Of a DNA stretch of 32,000 nt, positions 18,351 through 29,365 are shown in pieces. The notes below the pieces were generated by a model that saw only the letters and a list, made by a program, of their open reading frames with translations, searched no databases and was not told the DNA's origin. Origin of the DNA: Aliivibrio fischeri ES114 (GTDB taxonomy: Bacteria > Pseudomonadota > Gammaproteobacteria > Enterobacterales > Vibrionaceae); NCBI RefSeq assembly GCF_000011805.1, contig NC_006840.2; one strand, 5' to 3'. The position numbers were made by a program, and so were the translations under genes. The first letter of the stretch is position 1. Every line of letters begins with the position of its first letter.

Positions 18351-20621
18351 CTATAAAACAGCGCCAATACTTAAATATACTGATTCATGATTCTGCTCTG
18401 TTCGACCATAAGCCAAGACAATAGGACCAATTGGACTATCAACACCAATAAAAGCAGAACCTGCAGTATAGAGTGGCGCGTCCTTAATACTATCCTGATT
18501 CCAAAGACCACCATTTTCTAATGAAGCCCCTAAATAAATAGGCGATTGGAACAAACCAAAATCGTTATCCATCAAGCGATAACGATAAACCAAACTACCG
18601 AAAATCAAGTTTTGACCAGTTAAACTATCTTTAGGTGTACCAGATAAACGTAAGAAACCACCAAGAGATTTAGGCTCTAACTGTAAATCTCCCTTTTTAT
18701 TCTCAACAACACCATATTCAAAATTACCGACGAAAGTATGACGAGAATATGTCCATGCAGCCCTTGTATTCAATGATATTTCTATGACGGAATCTTTGGT
18801 TGCCTCAATATCAACAACACTATCTTCAACATTATCATGCGAATAAAGATATTCAGCCTTTACATAAAAACCCTTAGTTGGGAAGGTGAAATTATCTAAG
18901 GTATCTAGTCTATATTGCGCAAAGATCCCCTCACGGCTGTAGCTTGCATTCAGATCTCTTAGACTAGTAAATGCCACTTTACCTTTTGTATAACGACCAC
19001 CAATACGAAAATCGCTCCACAAATGACCTTGTAGTCCAACAGCACCTTCAAATACTAAGTCACTGTATTCCAGAGGGAAATCATTATCAATTGATCCTAA
19101 TTCATTACCGGATAAAGAGAATTTCTTTTGCTCAACACTATAAACAGATTTAAAAGAAGTGAATAATAATTGATTAACTAAAAATGGAGTATACAACTCA
19201 GCTGAAACCAATTTATCAGTACCTAATTCAAAGTTGGTTCGTAACTCAGAACGATTATCTCTTAATCCAGTTAATTCAATATCTGTAAAGTTAATCGACA
19301 TCCCAAGAGAATATTTACTTTGATTATCAAAATCATCTTCTAAAGCAAAACGGAAATCCAAATAATTCGGTCCCCAACTTTTTTCTTTAACTTCAACGAT
19401 TAGATCATGTGTGCCTTCTTCATTTTCTTGATAGTAATAATCTACTCTTTCAAAGCGATCGATCACATAGAGATCTCGAATATGTTCTTCGAGTTCGTCG
19501 GCACTATAAGATCTCCCTTCTTCTAAATTTAAACGATCTAAAAGCATACTCTCTGTATACAAACTATCATTTTTAATGGTTATCTTATTTACATACAGGT
19601 CTTCACCTCTAAGCAAAGTGGACGCTTTTATCTCTTTTTCCTTTAAATATTCTTGGTACTTTTCATCAGATAATACTAATTTATCTAGTGCTTTATGTTT
19701 TTCGTAAGCGATGTCATAACCTTTACCATAAGCAAAGGGCATTTTGTCGAACTCGGCCGTTTCCATTTTTCCTACATGTGGCGCTAGTAAAATATCTTTA
19801 TCACCAAGAAGCTTTTCTTGTTGTTTGGTGCTATTTTTCACCATAAAGTTCGTCAATTGTCCCATGACAGAAAGGTAACTAGAAATGTCATCAGCTTCTA
19901 AATAATCAGAACCAATATCTACAGCTATAACGATATCTGCTCCCATTTCTCTAACAACATCAACAGGCATATTATTTACAACACCACCATCAACAAGAAG
20001 TCGGCCGTCATATTCTGCAGGTGGAAGTGCGCCAGGAACTGACATGCTTGCCATCATAGCTTCTGCTAAGTTGCCTTTATCTAAAACAACCGGTTCAAGT
20101 TTTTCAATATCTGTTGCAACAGCACGAAAAGGGATCGGTAACTGATCGAAGGAATTTAAGTAAGGAATATTATCTGATGTAGTTCTGAGTATTTTGGCCA
20201 TTGTCTGGCCTTGTACAAAACCTTTTGGGGCTTTTAATTCTGTAAATGAAAAACCAATATCCGTACCTATTTGATAACGGTCTTCATATTCTTTATCTCT
20301 GATCTGTCTTTCACTACGCTCAACCTTATCAACAAAGCCACTGTTCCAGTCAACTGTATCAATAAATGCTTCTATTTCATCAGCGCTCATTCCTGATGCA
20401 TATAATCCACCAACATAGGCTCCCATACTGGTACCGGTTATATAATCAACAGGTATGTGCATCTCTTCTAATGCTTTTAAAACACCAATATGAGCAGCGC
20501 CTTTTGCTCCTCCACCAGCAAGAACAAGACCTATTTTTGGACGAGATTCATCACTAGCAACAGCAGTAGAAGAAAATAAATAGAGAAACACAGAAGAAAA
20601 AATGAATGGCTTGAAGCGCAT
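18351..20621 (-). CDS. patatin-like phospholipase with POTRA and Omp85-type beta-barrel (PlpD-like, type Vd secretion architecture)
   Basis: 756 aa with these elements:
- signal peptide MRFKPFIFSSVFLYLFSSTAVA/SD;
- patatin motifs GGGAKG (oxyanion hole), GTSMG (GxSxG lipase serine) and LVDGG (catalytic Asp);
- a POTRA-like segment VNKITIKNDS...IVEVKEK;
- a C-terminal ~340 aa with alternating beta-strand pattern. Confidence 0.8.
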   Translation of the reverse strand: MRFKPFIFSSVFLYLFSSTAVASDESRPKIGLVLAGGGAKGAAHIGVLKALEEMHIPVDYITGTSMGAYVGGLYASGMSADEIEAFIDTVDWNSGFVDKVERSERQIRDKEYEDRYQIGTDIGFSFTELKAPKGFVQGQTMAKILRTTSDNIPYLNSFDQLPIPFRAVATDIEKLEPVVLDKGNLAEAMMASMSVPGALPPAEYDGRLLVDGGVVNNMPVDVVREMGADIVIAVDIGSDYLEADDISSYLSVMGQLTNFMVKNSTKQQEKLLGDKDILLAPHVGKMETAEFDKMPFAYGKGYDIAYEKHKALDKLVLSDEKYQEYLKEKEIKASTLLRGEDLYVNKITIKNDSLYTESMLLDRLNLEEGRSYSADELEEHIRDLYVIDRFERVDYYYQENEEGTHDLIVEVKEKSWGPNYLDFRFALEDDFDNQSKYSLGMSINFTDIELTGLRDNRSELRTNFELGTDKLVSAELYTPFLVNQLLFTSFKSVYSVEQKKFSLSGNELGSIDNDFPLEYSDLVFEGAVGLQGHLWSDFRIGGRYTKGKVAFTSLRDLNASYSREGIFAQYRLDTLDNFTFPTKGFYVKAEYLYSHDNVEDSVVDIEATKDSVIEISLNTRAAWTYSRHTFVGNFEYGVVENKKGDLQLEPKSLGGFLRLSGTPKDSLTGQNLIFGSLVYRYRLMDNDFGLFQSPIYLGASLENGGLWNQDSIKDAPLYTAGSAFIGVDSPIGPIVLAYGRTEQNHESVYLSIGAVL

Positions 20622-20806
20622 AATATCATCCTTGAAATATTGATATAAAAAGAATACAGGATGATGAGGGAGATAAAAAGCCTAACTAGCAAGAACTGAC
20701 AATGAGCAAACTCTATTTTCACATTCAGCTTTCTATAGATGTAAAAAGCCTAACCAACTGAACTACCACTTCGCCCTGCTTAACTCATTCAGTTTTCTAC
20801 AGACGT

Positions 20807-20840
20807 AAAAAAGCCCTAATCTTTCGATTAGGGCTTTTTT
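20807..20840 (-). terminator. Duplicate copy of the rrn-distal terminator
   Basis: AAAAAAGCCCTAATC tttc GATTAGGGCTTTTTT has a perfect 9-bp stem flanked by A- and T-tracts. It is identical in stem and loop to the copy at 20991-21025. Confidence 0.8.
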
Positions 20841-20846
20841 AATAAG

Positions 20847-20952
20847 TGGCTACGTTAACGGGACTTTCTATCAACCTTGAAAGCAACACGTCCCCCGGCG
20901 TGATAGGCCGCTAAGCTCTCCAATAAAAAGCCTAACCAACTGAACTACCACT
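20847..20952 (-). pseudogene. tRNA-Asp pseudogene (106 nt, disrupted T arm and D/anticodon junction, anticodon GTC to ATC)
   Basis: It retains TGGC (the CCA end), ACGGGAC, CCCCCGGCGTGATAGGCCG (intact gene: CCCCCGGCGTGACAGGCCG) and CTAACCAACTGAACTACCAC. Unrelated insertions lie between these blocks, and the acceptor stem no longer pairs. Confidence 0.7.
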
Positions 20953-20990
20953 TAGCTCTGTTTATCTCATTCTGTTTTTTCTACAGACGT

Positions 20991-21025
20991 AAAAAAGCCC
21001 TAATCTTTCGATTAGGGCTTTTTTT
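20991..21025 (-). terminator. Rho-independent terminator of the rrn operon (after tRNA-Asp)
   Basis: The minus-strand RNA reads AAAAAAAGCCCTAATC gaaa GATTAGGGCTTTTTT and begins 7 nt after the tRNA-Asp 3' end. Confidence 0.85.
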
Positions 21026-21031
21026 AATAAG

Positions 21032-21108
21032 TGGCGGAGTGGACGGGACTCGAACCCGCGACCCCCGGCGTGACAGGCCGGTATTCTAACCAACTGAACT
21101 ACCACTCC
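21032..21108 (-). tRNA. tRNA-Asp (GTC)
   Basis: The reverse complement is GGAGTGGTAGTTCAGTTGGTTAGAATACCGGCCTGTCACGCCGGGGGTCGCGGGTTCGAGTCCCGTCCACTCCGCCA. It is 77 nt, has a CTGTCAC anticodon loop and is near-identical to E. coli tRNA-Asp. Confidence 0.95.
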
Positions 21109-21137
21109 GCAGTGTCTATTCAGTGTATCTTAATTTA

Positions 21138-21257
21138 AAGCCTGGCGATGTCCTACTCTCACATGGGGAAACCCCACACTACCATCGGCGCTATTACGTT
21201 TCACTTCTGAGTTCGGCATGGGATCAGGTGGGTCCATAACGCTATGGTCGCCAAGCA
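21138..21257 (-). rRNA. rrf: 5S ribosomal RNA
   Basis: 120 nt, collinear with E. coli 5S on the minus strand (...CCCCACACTACCATCGGCGCT...TTTCACTTCTGAGTTCGGCATGG... as printed on the plus strand). Confidence 0.93.
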
Positions 21258-21346
21258 AATTCTTTAATTCGGAAAGCTTAATTCTTAATGCACATTCAAT
21301 TCGTTTCTTGCAACTTCAAATCCGTTCAAAACCCCTTGGGTGTTGT

Positions 21347-24237
<2,891 letters not shown>

Positions 24238-24533
24238 ATACAACCCCAAGAGGTTTCGTATGGACCATTTGCTTTCACTTTTTGAAAGTGAAGACAAAAC
24301 AGCAACCAAGGTTGAACTCGTCGCTATCTCTGTATAAAAGATAGGGAGTTCTGGTTTTTCGCCGGATTCAAAATACAAGAACACTTGAATGTGTTGTTCT
24401 TCGTTTTACAGAGTAAAACAAAGGATATTAAGAACTTTTAAATTTTGATTTAACTTAATTACAGCCTTGAGCTGTTTTGTTTTACTTTTTCAAAAGTAAA
24501 AACAAATTAAGCTAAATCAGTCAGCTTTCCAAA

Positions 24534-24546
24534 TTGTTAAAGAGCA
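24534..24546 (-). promoter_or_regulatory. boxA antitermination element in the 16S-23S spacer
   Basis: The minus strand reads TGCTCTTTAACAA, identical to the E. coli rrn boxA consensus. Confidence 0.75.
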
Positions 24547-24614
24547 ATTGTTTTTCAACCTAATAAAAGGTTTCGAAACCATTTTTAAAGACTCTCAAGG
24601 AGAATATTTAAAGA

Positions 24615-24690
24615 TGGTGGAGCTATGCGGGATCGAACCGCAGACCTCCTGCGTGCAAGGCAGGCGCTCTCCCAGCTGAGCTATAGCCCC
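24615..24690 (-). tRNA. tRNA-Ala (TGC)
   Basis: The reverse complement is GGGGCTATAGCTCAGCTGGGAGAGCGCCTGCCTTGCACGCAGGAGGTCTGCGGTTCGATCCCGCATAGCTCCACCA, a spacer tRNA. Confidence 0.95.
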
Positions 24691-24727
24691 GAAATATAAT
24701 GTTATCCAATACTTTCTGGAGAAGTAT

Positions 24728-24804
<77 letters not shown>

Positions 24805-24873
24805 AACATTAAGTCTCTTAATTTTTTAACCTAATCAATCTGTGTGAACACTCATAAACCGCAATCTATCGTT

Positions 24874-26426
<1,553 letters not shown>

Positions 26427-26576
26427 AAGTTTTTTTGAACTCTTTCAGCAGAAAGAAGTTCGACTCAATGATTAATACTGATTGTTACATAAAAGTAATT
26501 TTGTGTAGTCACTCAGTTCATTGATAATTTGTTGATTATCAATTCACAAGTGCCCACACAGATTGATTTGGTTAAA

Positions 26577-26588
26577 TTATTAAAGAGC
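26577..26588 (-). promoter_or_regulatory. Leader boxA antitermination element
   Basis: The minus strand reads GCTCTTTAATAA (E. coli: GCTCTTTAACAA), about 45 nt downstream of the P2 -10 element. Confidence 0.6.
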
Positions 26589-26636
26589 TTTCTTCTACTT
26601 TTAAGCCATTAAGGCTTTCTTTCGAAGAGGATGGTC

Positions 26637-26664
26637 ATTTTATTCATTTAAGCTTCAGTGTCAA
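26637..26664 (-). promoter_or_regulatory. rrn promoter P2
   Basis: The minus strand reads TTGACA, then a 16-nt spacer (ctgaagcttaaatgaa), then TAAAAT. Confidence 0.6.
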
Positions 26665-26754
26665 GCACTTATTTGAAACCAATTTTAAAAAACCATCTAG
26701 ACCAACCTGATTGCAAACCCTTACTGAATAAGCTCTCCGTGTCAGTGAGGTCGC

Positions 26755-26782
26755 ATTATAGAGACCTGATTCATATTGGCAA
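26755..26782 (-). promoter_or_regulatory. rrn promoter P1 with GC-rich discriminator and A/T-rich UP region
   Basis: The minus strand reads TTGCCA, a 16-nt spacer, then TATAAT GCGACCTCACTGACACGG. From the -10 onward it is almost identical to E. coli rrnB P1 (TATAATGCGCCACCACTGACACGG). A/T-rich sequence (CTTAAATAAAATG) lies directly upstream. Confidence 0.75.
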
Positions 26783-26996
26783 GCATTTTATTTAAGATTT
26801 AATTCAAATGCATAGAATATAAACAAAACGTTCAATATGAAGTCATAAAACTTATTAAAACATCCTAAAGATGATTAAAATCTAGGCTCTCAATCATAAA
26901 TACCAATGATATTTAATAAATAGTGAACTTGTTCTTGTTATTTATTCCCTTCTTATTATATAAAGCGCCAAAATTCCACTCTAAAGTGGTATTTAT

Positions 26997-27023
26997 TAAA
27001 CTTATAAATCATTCTGCCGATAC
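26997..27023 (+). promoter_or_regulatory. Sigma-28 (FliA)-type promoter upstream of the MCP gene
   Basis: TAAA, a 15-nt spacer, then GCCGATAC, against the consensus TAAA-N15-GCCGATAA. The -10 element ends 35 nt before the ATG at 27059. Confidence 0.6.
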
Positions 27024-27058
27024 ATATACATCAGACTAATAATCAAGGATCACAAGGC

Positions 27059-28682
27059 ATGAAGCTAAAAAACCAATCTTACGTTCTGGCTACCATCATT
27101 TTTTGTTCTCTTATATTAATGACAGCAACAGGTTTATGGACTTTACGAGTTGCAAGTACAATAGACAACAAATCTCGAGTAACTGAGATTTTTCAAACTA
27201 CCTATAACTTAATTACCAATATGGAGAATATGGTAGAAGAAGGAAAGATTGAAGAATCAAAAGCGAAAGAACTTACTATTACTATATTACGTAATAACAT
27301 CTATAAAGATAATGAATACGTTTATGTTGCTGATGAAAACTTAACTTTTCTTGCTGCACCTTTAGATCCTCAGCTACACGACACAAGTTTTCATGAATTT
27401 AGAGATAGTGAAGGCCGTAGCGTAGGACAAATTTTAGAAAATGCCATTAATCAAAACCCAAATGGTATGGCTGAATATACTTGGTCCTTAAAAATGCCAG
27501 ATGGCAGTATTGATAAAAAACTATCTATTGCTGAAAAAACACATAAATGGAATTGGATTGTCGGCACAGGTATTGGCGAAACAGAAGTAAATGAACGCTT
27601 TTGGGCAACAGCACAATGGCAATTCGGGTTAGCTTTTATCATTGCTAGCTTAATACTTAGCATTTTAATGATTGCAATTAAACGTATGCTTGCCCTGCTT
27701 GGTGGCGAACCTCACGATGTACGATCTGCAATTCAAACAGTTGCAGCAGGACAAATCGTCACTCAATTTGATACTAAAGCCCCTGAAGGCAGTATTTATC
27801 AAGCAGTTCAAACAATGAACCTTTCTTTAGCTGAACTTGTTGAGCATTTAACCCAATCAATGATTGCATTGAAAGACGAGTTATCTGATGTGCATTCTCG
27901 TTCAGGTACAGTAAGTCAACTGACTGAAGATCAGCACCAATCAACAGAAATGATTGCTACAGCTATAACTGAAATGGCATCTTCTGCAAACAACGTAGCA
28001 GAATCAGCACAGCAAACAGCTATCAATACAGATAATGCAGACAAACAAAGTGTACGTACACAAGAGTTAATTAATGCTACCGTATCAAACATTGAAGGTT
28101 TAGCCGAGCAATTAAGTACTGCAAGTACAGCCGTAGCTGAGCTAGATAATGAAGTAAATAGTATTGTTAAAGTGTTAGATGTAATTGGTGATATTGCTGA
28201 ACAAACAAACTTATTAGCATTAAACGCAGCAATTGAAGCAGCACGAGCTGGTGAGCAAGGACGTGGGTTTGCTGTTGTTGCAGATGAAGTTCGTAACCTT
28301 GCAGGCCGAACTCAAGGCAGCACTAAAGAAATTCAACAAATGATTTCTAACCTTCAAGAAGGTTCACATAATGCTATTTCTACTATGGAAGTATGTGCAG
28401 AAACGAGTAAGAGCACAGTATCTGAGTCAAAAAATGCCTCTGATGCTTTACAACAAATTGTAACGGCTCTTGAAACGATCTCTAGCATGAGCCACCAGAT
28501 AGCAAGTGCATCAGAAGAACAAAATACGTTAGCGAAGATATTACACAACGAGTAAATATCATTGAGGAAAGTGGTCAACAACTAGCGAAAGTGTCGCTGA
28601 TAGTCAAAACAGCACTCAAACATTAACAGAGCTTGCCGATGACCTTGAGACTTGGTTAAATAAATTCCAAGTTAAACATTAG
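27059..28682 (+). pseudogene. methyl-accepting chemotaxis protein, disrupted by two 1-nt frameshifts near the 3' end (intact ORF 27059-28555, 498 aa)
   Basis: The domain order is TM1, a periplasmic Cache-like domain ([10 protein letters not shown]), TM2, HAMP and a signalling domain with [35 protein letters not shown]. After ...ASASEEQNT the expected continuation [22 protein letters not shown] is in the -1 frame (from 28528). The final VADSQNSTQTLTELADDLETWLNKFQVKH* is in a further -1 frame (28593-28682). Confidence 0.8.
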
Positions 28683-28708
28683 ATTTAAACCCGTCATTAC
28701 TCTTTTAA

Positions 28709-28735
28709 AGCATGCTACTACAGCATGCTTTTTTT
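28709..28735 (+). terminator. Rho-independent terminator after the full-length MCP reading frame
   Basis: AGCATGCT actac AGCATGCT followed by TTTTTT. It starts 27 nt after the TAG at 28680-28682, i.e. after the reconstructed stop and not after the truncated one. Confidence 0.8.
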
Positions 28736-28783
28736 ATGCTATCAATTTAATTAAGACGAGATAGGAGTACAAATTTCAAATAT

Positions 28784-28812
28784 AAAAAAAGCCTCGTCAT
28801 TTCTGACGAGGC
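28784..28812 (-). terminator. Rho-independent terminator of the tRNA-Phe/Thr/Asn operon
   Basis: The minus-strand RNA reads GCCTCGTCA gaaa TGACGAGGC followed by TTTTTTT. It begins 10 nt after the tRNA-Asn 3' end. Confidence 0.8.
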
Positions 28813-28821
28813 TTTAAAAAG

Positions 28822-28897
28822 TGGCTCCCTTTGCTGGACTTGAACCAGCGACATACGGATTAACAGTCCGCCGTTCTACCGACTGAACTAAAAGGGA
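28822..28897 (-). tRNA. tRNA-Asn (GTT)
   Basis: The reverse complement is TCCCTTTTAGTTCAGTCGGTAGAACGGCGGACTGTTAATCCGTATGTCGCTGGTTCAAGTCCAGCAAAGGGAGCCA. Confidence 0.95.
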
Positions 28898-28926
28898 ACA
28901 GATTTTTATTCTCAAAAGAGAAGAGA

Positions 28927-29002
<76 letters not shown>

Positions 29003-29054
29003 ACACTTAATTTCATTGCTCGTGCTAATCACGTTAGACACCAACAAATTAATA

Positions 29055-29130
29055 TGGTGCCCGGAGGCGGAATCGAACCACCGACACGAGGATTTTCAAT
29101 CCTCTGCTCTACCGACTGAGCTATCCGGGC
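29055..29130 (-). tRNA. tRNA-Phe (GAA)
   Basis: The reverse complement is GCCCGGATAGCTCAGTCGGTAGAGCAGAGGATTGAAAATCCTCGTGTCGGTGGTTCGATTCCGCCTCCGGGCACCA. Confidence 0.95.
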
Positions 29131-29140
29131 AACGAGGTGT

Positions 29141-29169
29141 ATTAAAATGCTTTTTAGTATCAGGGTCAA
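29141..29169 (-). promoter_or_regulatory. Candidate sigma-70 promoter of the tRNA operon
   Basis: The minus strand reads TTGACC, a 17-nt spacer, then TTTAAT. The -10 element ends 10 nt before the tRNA-Phe 5' end. Confidence 0.4.
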
Positions 29170-29307
29170 CTACTAATTACAAAAAAACGTTCGTTTGGCG
29201 AAAATATACTCGCAACGGTGGATTTTATAACATTTTCATTAAAAGATAAGCGATTTTAATCAATAAAAATCTTTTCAACTCTCATTAAAAAATAAATTGA
29301 TGTCGTC

Positions 29308-29350
29308 TCCTCTCTTAACTATCTAAGATGAATTGATAATTAAGAGAGGA
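29308..29350 (-). other. 11-bp perfect inverted repeat just downstream of mrcB
   Basis: TCCTCTCTTAA (29308-29318) pairs with TTAAGAGAGGA (29340-29350) around a 21-nt loop. The nearest T-run on the minus strand is 13 nt beyond the stem, so it is not a canonical terminator. Confidence 0.4.
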
Positions 29351-29365
29351 TTTCTTTGTTAGCCG

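Larger units (their letters stand above)
20675..21035 (-). repeat. Tandem array of decayed tRNA-Asp 5'-fragment / spacer / terminator units
   Basis: A direct repeat of 108-111 bp occurs at 20743-20850 and 20925-21035 (by eye 5 substitutions and 3 indel nt). A shorter, more diverged copy lies at 20675-20742. Each begins with AAAAAGCCTAACCAACTGAACTACCAC, the complement of the tRNA-Asp 5' portion fused to GCTTTTT. Confidence 0.8.

Noticed and set aside
18351-20621. Low GC of plpD as evidence for horizontal acquisition.
   Set aside because: Hand counts of a few 60-nt lines give about 30-42 percent GC. That is similar to the MCP gene and other weakly expressed genes here. The higher GC of acnB reflects conservation and expression. 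There is no reliable compositional anomaly without a proper calculation.
20743-21035. The ~182-bp-period repeats as a CRISPR-like or other regular array.
   Set aside because: There are only two to three copies. The repeat unit is far longer than a CRISPR repeat and is demonstrably derived from tRNA plus terminator. No cas genes are present.
20675-21108. tRNA-Asp fragments as attL/attR scars of an integrated genomic island or prophage.
   Set aside because: The duplicated pieces are the 5' (D-arm) part of the tRNA, not the 3' end that integrases duplicate. The repeats are only 70-180 bp apart with nothing but spacer and terminator between them, and no integrase is nearby. Tandem gene decay explains them better.
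29016-29249. 77-aa plus-strand ORF.
   Set aside because: It overlaps tRNA-Phe and the tRNA promoter region on the opposite strand. It has no SD and its translation is low-complexity.
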